From positions 7,218 to 71,217 of the forward strand of contig JACKGO010000002.1 of assembly GCA_020631975.1 (NCBI GenBank): a DNA stretch of 64,000 bases, written 5' to 3'. The notes under the pieces are model-generated. The model was not told the origin of the DNA, did not search any database, and was given only the letters and a program-made list of their open reading frames with translations. Position numbers and translations under genes: made by a program. Every line of letters starts with the position of its first letter. The first letter of the stretch is position 1. Positions 38,416 through 48,700 of this stretch are shown here, one piece after another. The DNA is from Candidatus Nomurabacteria bacterium (GTDB lineage Bacteria; Patescibacteriota; Saccharimonadia; Saccharimonadales; CAIOMD01).

Positions 38416-39033
38416 TTACGGTGTATTGGCTATAAATTGCTTGATCACGTTAAGATCATCATGATACGCCTTATAATCTGCTACAAAATCGGCATAATTA
38501 ACATCATCAAATAGTTCTAAAATCTTATTTGACTTAACCCAGTCTGCAGTTTTATTGCCCAAATAATATGGCAAGCTAGACCATTCGTAGGTATTATAGT
38601 TATCTGGGTTTAAATGAATGTAACGGCTGATGTGTAGTAGCTGCGCATCATCAGTAATTCTTACTGCACGATACCTCTGCTGAAACACTGGCCCGACCCG
38701 TTTGTATTTTTTGTTAAAGTACATGCCGTACGCTGTGGCCAAACTCCGCATAAAATTTGTAATTGCTGTGGGGTCTTCTTTTTGGTAAATGAACAAATGA
38801 AAGTGGTTGCTCATTAAGCAATAAGCCAGTAGATCAACTTCGTTATAAAAATTTGGGTGGTTCGTTCTATTTGCCTTCTTCACTTTTTTTATACCAAGAT
38901 ACCGCTTTAATAGCGCTAAGAAAACAATAAAGTCTTCTTGATCCCTAAATATACGATTTTTATTTACACCCCTGTTATAAAAATGATAGTAACTCTCGGC
39001 TGCGTACTGCTTAATAAGGTTTCTTCCCGGCAT
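38416..39033 (-). CDS. Y1 (HUH) transposase-like protein, IS200/RayT-like
   Basis: 205 aa with the HUH motif NHFHLFIY and a C-terminal catalytic-Tyr helix ISRYIHLNP. Its stop abuts the start of the hydrolase gene (38416/38415). Confidence 0.75.
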   Translation of the reverse strand: MPGRNLIKQYAAESYYHFYNRGVNKNRIFRDQEDFIVFLALLKRYLGIKKVKKANRTNHPNFYNEVDLLAYCLMSNHFHLFIYQKEDPTAITNFMRSLATAYGMYFNKKYKRVGPVFQQRYRAVRITDDAQLLHISRYIHLNPDNYNTYEWSSLPYYLGNKTADWVKSNKILELFDDVNYADFVADYKAYHDDLNVIKQFIANTP

Positions 39034-39063
39034 ACCACCATCCTACCACACCCACCCCCTTTC

Positions 39064-39150
39064 TGCTATCGGGTCCAACCCGATAGCATGTTGTGAAGGT
39101 GTACGCCGCTGTGTGGTAGGCCACTTGCTATCGGGTCCAACCCGATAGCA
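39064..39150. repeat. Two identical REP-like hairpins upstream of the RayT-like gene
   Basis: TGCTATCGGG-TCCAA-CCCGATAGCA occurs at 39064-39088 and 39126-39150 (10-bp stem, same loop orientation). The second is preceded by GTAGG. A 10-bp inverted repeat CCTACCACAC / GTGTGGTAGG (39042-39051 / 39111-39120) brackets the first. Confidence 0.6.
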
Positions 39151-39744
39151 AAGGTTTTGAGGGGTTTAGGGGGGTTTGGGGGGTGGATTTGTTTGTTTTT
39201 TTGTTGGGGTAGATTGGGTGTAAAAGTATAGCCCATAGTTGTTTAAACTGTGGGCTATACTTATTTTATTTTTGGTTTGTATGGGTTTAGGCAACTCCGC
39301 AGTGTGCCTGCCCTGCTTGTGTTGGTTTTTGTTTTGTTTTAGCTGGCGAATAGTATTCGCGTTTTGTAGAGAACAAGCGATGATGCACTATTTGGGTGCA
39401 CTACGCCCGGCTCACTTTTTTATAGATATTTATTTTGGTTTTTTATGCCCTGCTTTGTTGGTACTACTTTCTTTAAAGTTCCGCAGCTTTATTGATGTAT
39501 GTACCATAGGGTTGGTGTAGTTTTTTGTGTTGGTGTTATTTTTAAAGTGTTTGTTTTTGGCTAAGGTTGTTTTTATGTATCTGCGATGGTACACAGACAC
39601 CTTAGCATCATGGTGGGCTATGCCCACCAATGTAGTAGATAGTAGTTTGTAGATAGTATTTTATAGTGCGCGCAATATGCATACCGCACTGTTTAGCTTT
39701 GTTGTCTTTGTTTTTACTGGTGATATTACTGTTATTATTCATGT

Positions 39745-42700
39745 TTATTCCACAATAAAGTACGTAAAGGTGTACGTCTTTCCGGCTTGAGGTGCCTGAT
39801 CTGTATAAATACTAAAGCTGGTGTTGGTGGTTGTAGAGCCGTCGTAATATGCGCCTACTTTGGCACTATCGCGGTTAGCTGGGCTAAATACTACGCGTGG
39901 TTTATTGGTAAAGGCAGTATTAAAGGTAACTTTTGCGAGTTCGTCTGCGGTTGTGTTTGCGCCGGCAACCACTGTAATAGTGCCGGATGTATCGTTACCA
40001 CTAACAGTTACTACGGGGGCTGCGATATTGTTCAGTACGTCTTCTGTGCCAGCTGCTACGCCTGTGCTGACCGTAGGTGTATTACCAGCAGTGATAATTT
40101 TACCGTTTACGGTGATGTTAGCGACGGTGATGTTCTCTACTGTTAGGTTACCAGCTATTACTACATTGTCTGTTACAGTTAGGCTCTTCATGGTTACTGG
40201 GCCGGTGACATTTAGGCTACCTACTATATTTAGGCTACCTTGTATTGTGCCACCGTTAGTGAGGTCTAGAATGTTGTTAGAGGCCGGTTGAATGGAGTTT
40301 TCAAGCGCGGTAAGGCGATTTTGAGCATCGGTTATCATGGCTTGTTGTTCTTGAACGGCGCCGATGAGAGGTGTGACGAGGCCTGCGGTATCTAGTAGCA
40401 GATAACCTTGACTATCTACGCTCACAAATTCAGGTAAAACCGTTTGGACATTCTGAGCTATTAGCCCGAGTTTTTGGGTACCAGGATCTGACTTGTATCT
40501 ATAGTAAGTGGGCTGTAGTTGCATTATCTTAGCAAGATTGCCTGTTGCTGAACTATCTATATATTTCAGCCTTTCATCTGATGTGCATGATAGAGAACCA
40601 TGTATAGTACAATTTGAAGTTTGGGTATAAAGACTCAGGCTCATTCGTTGACCTGGGTCACCAATTGTCGCCCATTGAGCACCGGGGTTTAGAGCTAGTG
40701 CCGAAGTAGAATTATTTACTCCTATATATGCAGCATTAGTACCAGTATTAGTCCAAAGTTGCATGTAATTATAGTTACCATACACTCTAAAACTATTGTT
40801 TTGATATGTTCGAACAACATTACTTTCGATAGAGTATATGCCCGCACCATAATTCTCGTTATACCATCCTGTCTGTCCATAAGACCTAAACCAGTTAGAT
40901 GCATAGACAGCACTATCAGCTGTAATGCTACCATTACTCCAAAAGCCACCATTATATATATTGGCATACTTGTTAGTAATTGACGCGCCATCTTGCCAAA
41001 TCTGCTCGCGACTATGAGTTATGACTGCAGCTGGTGAATACTGTACGAGTACATCACTATTTACATTGTTACCATCATTCTGGACCCCAATGATCAATGC
41101 GCCGTTTTCTGTACTATCACCCCAGTAGTTATAAGCATTATTATCGTTATCCCAATGTATATACCCATAATCAGAACCACCCGTATCTACCCCACCAAAC
41201 AATTCTTCTCTTCCAAAAAAGATATCCTTACCAGCATTGATACCCACACCAGTACTTGTAACGGCAAACGAGCGTTTTTGTGCTTGTATTTTGTCTACAT
41301 AAGCAGTTATCGCACCAGCGGCATCACCCTGGCCTGTACTAATAACTATTCTGCCTTTTAACTTGCCGGCAGGTATTTGGAATGTACCTCTACATTCTGC
41401 CCAGCTCGTTGTGAGGTTGCAATCTTTTACTGTGTATATGGCTGCTCCTGGGACAAAGAACATAGGGTCATTTGCACTATCGTTCAAAAGTATCCCAATG
41501 GAAAGATTTGGTACAACACCACCGGCGGTACCTGAGTAAAAACCATAGGCGGACACTTCTATAAATTCGCCGGGTGATACATCAAATGAATCTAACATAT
41601 CATACCGCTGGTAACCACCCCCACCCGGGTTTGCCGCAAAAGTGGCAGCCGCAGAATATGAACCAACATTGCCATAATGAGTGGCACTTCTGGTAGATGT
41701 TGAGCGGAGTTGCCAAAATGTACCATAGCCAATTGGTACATCATTTGCTGCGTTCCATTGTTCTAGATCACCGTTAACTAAAATGCTTTGTGCGTAGGAA
41801 TACGCATTAGCACCATTAACCTTTAGTAGGTCTGTTGTATTTACCATGCTCAACGCCCCGCCTGACGAAGTCCATACAGCAGCGCTAATATTTTGCCAAG
41901 AGCCGGCATTATTTTTTACCTGCAAGGTACCAGCATTGTCTCTTATGCCATAACCAGCTGAACCACTGGTTGAGCCGAAGTTGAGATAGCTGTTTGAGCT
42001 AGCAAGTATGTTGCCATTTACTGTTAATTTAGCTGCAGGATTAGTGTCGCCAATACCGACATTGCCATCGCTAAGAATTGTCAGTTTGTTACTCCAGCCG
42101 CTTGCTCCTCTAGTAAAGAATGAAAGGTTTGCGTATGCACTGCCATGATTGATATTCTGTGCAGCAATACCCGCCGCTATACTGCCATTGCCGTGAAACG
42201 CTAGCTCTGTCCAGTTATTTGTAGTTCCATCACTGTTCCTGAGAGCCATTTGAGCATTGCTACTAAATGCTCCGGTAGATGTATTGGCCTTTGAAACATC
42301 CAACAAATATTGTGGGTTAGTTCGGCCGATTCCCAAATTACCAGCTGTGGTTAATGTCATGTGTGCCGTTGCTGCACCGTTGGCATGGAAGGCTAAATTA
42401 TACCCGTTGTTCGTGACAAGTCTTGCTGTGGTATCGCCGGTGCTTGCGGCTACACCCAAAATGTTGGTTCCACCTGCTTGCCACATTTGGTTAAAGTCGC
42501 CTGCGGCATTTGTAAAGGTTGCGGGCGCTGTGTAGTTAACAGTTAGCCTATAGCTTGACCCCGTTGTACCGACCGAGACATTACCGTTGTTACCCATAAA
42601 CATAGTGCTTGTAGAAGAATTATTGCGAATGTTGAAGCCACTTGCACCATAGTTAAGATACATTACATTGTCGCTCCACCTTGGCCACAAGAACTGTTCA

Positions 42701-45700
42701 TATGTTCCACCAGAATTTTTAGCCTGCAAGGTAGCTGTGTTTTCAAACTGCAATACACCACCAGTGCCAGTAACAACAAGATTGTTCGCTTTACCTTCAC
42801 CGCTTATCCAATAATTGCTTGAACTTTGTGCACTACTGTTTTGGTTCTGAATATAGTTACCACTTCCACTAGCCGGAGCAAAAGCTGTTGAGTCTAGACC
42901 GTCTAGCAAATCGGCATTAAGGTTTGTAACTTTTGTTGTAGACGATACGGTAAATGGCGAAGTACCAGTTGCAATAGTAGAGGTGAACCTAGTACCTTGT
43001 ATTACGCCAGCAGCCGTTAGGTTGCCAGAACCATCTAAGACTAAGCCGTCTAGTTGGGTGCCCGATGAGTTAACTGTTGAAAAGCGCATTGAATTATCTA
43101 ACAAGCGAATCATTGAGCCACCGCGGTTGGTGTTAATGCGCGGGAAGCCAGTGGTGTTGTACATATTGTTAGCTATACCAACACCAGTGTATGTGTAGCC
43201 AGGTTCGCTTGCCCACAGCATAAGATCTGCTGTGTTAGTTGCACCACCATCACCAATAGAATGAAGCAATAGTTGCGTATCACCATGACCACCATATACT
43301 TCTAACTTGCGGCTAGGTGTAGCAGTGCCTATGCCTACTCTGTTGAGAGCTGCATCTACAAATAGTGTGTTTGTGTCAAAGGTGGCGTTACCAGTTACTG
43401 ATAGAGTTGATGTGATGCTGGTAGCACCATTCAACGTATTAGCACCGGTGCCAGTGCTAAAAGTTCCGCTACCGGTTTGGCTAAAGTTAGAGTTATTAGC
43501 TACAGTTATACCACCGTTGAAGGTACCAAGGCCCGTGAAGGTGCTGGTGCTGGTTACAGCTAGTGTACCGCTAAATGTTGCAGCACCAGCATTTGTAATA
43601 GTTAGTCTTGCGGTATTTGCTGTCTCTAATACAAGTGCTTGTGAATCGTTAGTGCCCAGAGTTGCCGTAGTACCAAAGCTGTTACCGTTTTGGATAAAAG
43701 GTCCGCTTTGGGAAGGCGTATTTATTAAAGTGTAATTAATAGGTGTAGTTTCGTCTGTTACTAATGCCCCACTCCATGCATCACCCCAGCCATCTATACT
43801 GCTATGGCCTGCTATTATTTCTTCTATAACCACCTTGGGGTACTGCCAAACTGTAGAAGTATTGCCTAGCATGATAACTGGATTTGTACCGTTACTAGCT
43901 AGTCTAATTGTAGTGAATGGTGCACTACCGCGTATTTCGGCCGAAGCATTTACCCAGCTTGGAGTAGTGTAAGCATATCCGCTAACTATTGCCTCCCACG
44001 CACCATAGCCCGAATAATCATAGCCCTTAATAGTGAATCTTAACATAGTAGCAGTAAAGCCTTTTGGCGCGGTAAGCACTATAGTACCAGTTTGGTTTGA
44101 AGCAGAAATGTTATACGTATAAACATTTTTATATGTTCTTACGTTGTTTTGAGACCTACTAGTGACGCCGTTTACATCAAGTGCTGTGTTCGGCGTAGTC
44201 GTACCTATACCTACATTACCGTTGTTTTGCACGGTTAGTTTAGTTGTGTCTGCAGTTTGCAGATATAGATTACCTGTACCGCGTGAGTTAAGTATTAGAT
44301 TTTGGTTATTTGTTGAACGAATTTCGTTTTGTAGTGGCGTACTGTCGTATGATGATCCTAGTAGCAAGCCTCTAGCCCTTATATTGGTAGCACCACTAGC
44401 AGTAGTTAGTACCGAAAGGTTACCAGCATCTGTCATGATTTGACCACTAATAACATTTAGGCTATCCCCGCTGGCTATGTCTAGGCGGTTAGCTGCACCA
44501 CGGTATAAGTTAACGTCTGAGCCAAACCGTAGTGGGTACGTAGCGCTGGAATCAGATAATGTTGTTAGGCCTCTTGCTGTAGTGGTGTCGGTGGCTGTAT
44601 CACCCAGTGTGGTGTTGCCGGCTACTGTTAAAATACCGGCTGCAGCTAGTGTGCCGGAAGCATTACTAACAGTAATGGTGCCTGTGCTTGTAGTTAGTAG
44701 GCTATAGTTATTCTGAGAAGAAAGTAGTGCGCTTGGTTGTATACGGAATGCATTGTTTGTACCTGCTCCAGTGATACCAAATAAAGTATTGCCAGTTATG
44801 TCTAGGCTAGCTATTGTAACTTCACTGCCACCAGCAGGCGCAGTAAAAGAAGTGGCGCTGAAGTAGTTCATACTAGAACCTTCAGAAGTTACGGTTACTT
44901 CGCTTGACTGACAAGCTGCCACAGCCTGAGCATCTATATAAGTTACATTAGGTGCACCGCTGTCATTAACCATACGAACATTGCTCCAACAACTTGTGCC
45001 ATTTTGACTGAGCATAGTTATTGAGCCAGATGTTCCCCAGTCTTTGACAACATTCATGACAATTTGGTTAGGAACTCCACTACCGCCACCATTAGACAGT
45101 ACTATTTTTGCTGCACCTCTACCTGCCCCACCACCCGCGCTAGTCGCTATACGGTACCAGTTACCAGCAACGAGAGTACCACCTTGTGTTGTAGTAGTTT
45201 TGGTAACGGCACCAATATCTGAAGCAACTTGTGCAGTCGTACGATATTTAAGAACACCACTGTCATTGGTGACAAAACCAGTAAAGGTTGCGTCATCTGC
45301 AGTTTGGTTTATAGTCGTAGCTCCACTAGTAACGGTTAAGCTGCCAGTAAAGTTAGCTGATGATGATATTGTTTGACCATTAATGAGACCAGAGCTTATG
45401 GTACCTATATTAACTAAGTTGCCACTGCTGTCTATACGATTAGTTCCTGCACCTGCACCAGTATTAATGCCTTGTACGCCATTCACAGATGAGTTAAACA
45501 GAAAGCCAGAGCCACTGGTTTTAGAGAATGAACCGTCGCCTAGGCTTATTGTACCTGTGGTGCCGTTACCTACATATACGGCACCGAATCTACCAGTGCC
45601 TGTAATGTTAAGGTTACCAGTTTGGGCTGTTCCTGGTGTACTGCCTTGCAATTGTACATAGCCACTGCCACCTGTAGCCGGCGCAAAGGCGGTAGAGTCA

Positions 45701-48700
45701 AGACCATCTAGCGTTGTTGCATCTACACAGTTGTTAGTTACACCAACGTTAGTAGCAGCCACAGTAATACAGCTACCAGCACCAACTGTAAGGGTAGTAG
45801 AGCCACCAAGTGCAGTGCTACCACCGCCAGTTAGACCATTGCCAGCTGTTACAGTTAGGGCACCGCTGCCAGTTAGATAAGTATTAGCGATGGTATTACC
45901 TTGGTAGGTTACATTTTGGAGGACTCCGGCGTTAGTGAGGCGGGTTGTGTTGTTGGTTAACAATGAGCCTGAAACGATATTTAAGCTGCCATTATAGATT
46001 GTTCCTCCATTGGTACTCACATACAGCTCTTGATATGGTGATGCTTCACCAAAGTCGAGATATAGATCTCCTATCTGAATACCGTTATTAGAAGCGTCTT
46101 CTGTTATGGTTATGCGATACCCTTTTACATACTTCCCCATAGAATTAGAAGCGTAGTAGTAGTTTTTGCTATAGCCCGTGACATTAGTAACTGTTTCCCA
46201 GTTATATGTGATGTTGTCTAGTGACGTATATAGCTCAATTGTGAAGTTAGTTGGTCTCCAGTACCTACTGTTCCACCCGTAAGATACTCCTCCTGTCTGT
46301 GTATTTCTTACAGGAAAATCAACTTGTACTATAGCAGGTGCTACTGCTGACACATCTCCACCTGATGTTGTAGTGGGTGTTGTGTCACCATCAAATAACG
46401 ATGCTAACGATGAAAATAGTCTTACGGCACCAGGCTGTGTAACAGTATAGCCGGGGCGTGATGTAGCATTATAAAGAATATTATATTCACCTGCTCTAAA
46501 ATTCATGGTATTTCCACCAACAGGGCTCGTAGCATTGATAATGTTATTTGCTAAGATGTTGACTGAGCCATCAGACTGTACCCTAAGTCTTTCATTTCCA
46601 CCGGTGCTAAAGCCGAGCGTATCAGCGCCGACTAAATACATACCAGTATTAGTATCACTACTAAAGCTGTAGGATGGGCCACCTACTGCACCATCTGCTG
46701 CTTGGAATAGACCGGCTGTGGTTAGTCTGTTAGTTCCGTTTTGCTGGATGTTACCACTTACTAAGTTAAGGCTATCACCTGTAGCGAGGTCTAGGCGGTT
46801 AGCGGCGCCACGACTGATGGTAACATCTGAGCCTAGGGTAAGGTCAGCGCCTGTCACTGTAAGATCTTGAGCAATGGTGACATTAGCCCCATTTAATGCT
46901 ATTCCACCGCCAGCAGTGTTGTTTATAACAAGGTTGTTTGAACCACCGTATTGGAAGTCTGCAAAGTTAATTGGTGTGCCATTGGCATCTGCTTGTAAGC
47001 GAATATAGTTATTTGAGCTATTAATGCTGTCGTTTTTAAACACCGCCATAGTGCCCCCACCATAGCCATCACCTATTCCATAAACTTGGAAAAAGCCACT
47101 GCCACTACCGTTTTGGAAGATATTGCTACTGCCCGTGAATGCTGAGCCAGTGTCTACAGTTAAACTTCCACCTAGGCGGCCATTGCCACTTATCCAAAAG
47201 TTGCTAGAACTTTGGGCACTTGCATATTGGTTTTGGATATAGTTACCGCTACCTGATGATGAAGCAAATGAGGAACAAGTTATTGTGTCGCCAAGTTGAG
47301 TTATGGCCTGCCCTGCGCTACAAGCACCTGGATAGTTTGTCAGTGCAGTCCAGTCTACTGAGCCTGCTGAACTGACCGTTAAGGCATCGTTTATATATAT
47401 GTCGGTTATGACATTGCCGTTCCATGTTGCGCCAGTAATGGTGCCTGTTGTAGAAACGTCTAAACCCGAACTATCTATGCTAAAGTTACCACCGCCACTA
47501 AACCCGTAAGCGCCACTGGATTGGCTGTAACCAGTGATGCTAGAAAGAGCCCCAGCGGCGCTAAGCCGTTGCGTGCCACCAGTGTATAAGTTGCTTGCAA
47601 TATTTACATACCCAGAACCATTAGGAGTTAGAACAATATTGCCGTTACCAGCGACGGTTTGGATGTTAAGGTTATTTGAACCATCTGTGTAAAGCTTAGA
47701 AACTTGGTTGTTATCTACCAAATTAGTACTAGTAAAGTCACCGCCAACGTAAAGTGGGCCATTATTTATCTTTCTAACACTAACGTGATCAATTAACGTT
47801 GTTTCACCACCTGCTGAGCTGTAGTTAGCTAGGAATAGTACCCGAACATATTTTGTACCCACTGGGAAGTTGGGGTAAGAAGTACCTTCTCCACTGGTTG
47901 TCGCATTTAGTTTATGCCAATTACCGTCGTTTGGAATATTATAGCTAGCTGAAGCGAAGTAGCAATACGTACCACATGGTGCAGTGGTTATTGCCGATTT
48001 TGCTGCATTGTAGGCAATGTAACCAGCGTAGATAACACCTGGAGTAGTGCCTGTAACAGTTTCTTTGACATATGCTTCAAACTGAAGTGTGTCTTTGGTT
48101 GGGTCTACTGGTATATAGTCTTCAGATAATACTGTTGAAGAGTTAACTACTCTTGAAGTGTAATTGCCTGAGTTACCGCCGGTCGTTGTGTCTGTCAAGC
48201 CCGACCAGCCCGCAGTTGTATTAGTTTCAAAATCTCCATTGTAGACTAAGTTGTCGTTATCTAGCGCTAAGTAACCACCTTGTGTAATTTTACCCGTTAC
48301 AGCTAAGTCACCAGTTACCTGAGCCCCAGTAGTAGTGACTCTAAGCCTTTCTGTCCCAGCTACACTAAAGCCAAGATTGCTAGCATCTATACGGTACATG
48401 CCCATATTTGTTGAGCTACTAAAGCTATAGGCTGGCCCACCAACTGCACCATCTGCTGCTTGGAAGAGACCGGCTGTGGTTAGCCTATTAGTACCGTTTT
48501 GTTGGATGTTACCACTTACTAAGTTTAGACTATCTCCTGTAGCAAGGTCGAGGCGGTTGGCTGCGCCACGGTATAGGTCAACATCTGCACCAAAGCGAAG
48601 TGGATAGGTGCTGCTTGAGTCAGATAGTGTTGTTAAGCCTCTGACGGTCGTCGTGTCTGTGTTCGCATCACCCAGAGTGGTGTTGCCGTTTACTTGTAGA

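Noticed and set aside
39160-39187. G-rich tract GAGGGGTTTAGGGGGGTTTGGGGGGTGG as a G-quadruplex trigger for recombination (by analogy with Neisseria pilE)
   Set aside because: There are only three closely spaced runs of G3 or longer; a fourth is 20+ nt away. The tract lies ~560 bp downstream of the fibre gene stop, not upstream of an expression site. The analogy is too weak.
39239-39630. ORFs 39239..39520 (+) and 39430..39630 (-) in the spacer between the giant gene and the RayT-like gene
   Set aside because: Their composition is driven by T/G-rich or A-rich low-complexity DNA. They have no RBS and no motifs, and they overlap each other.
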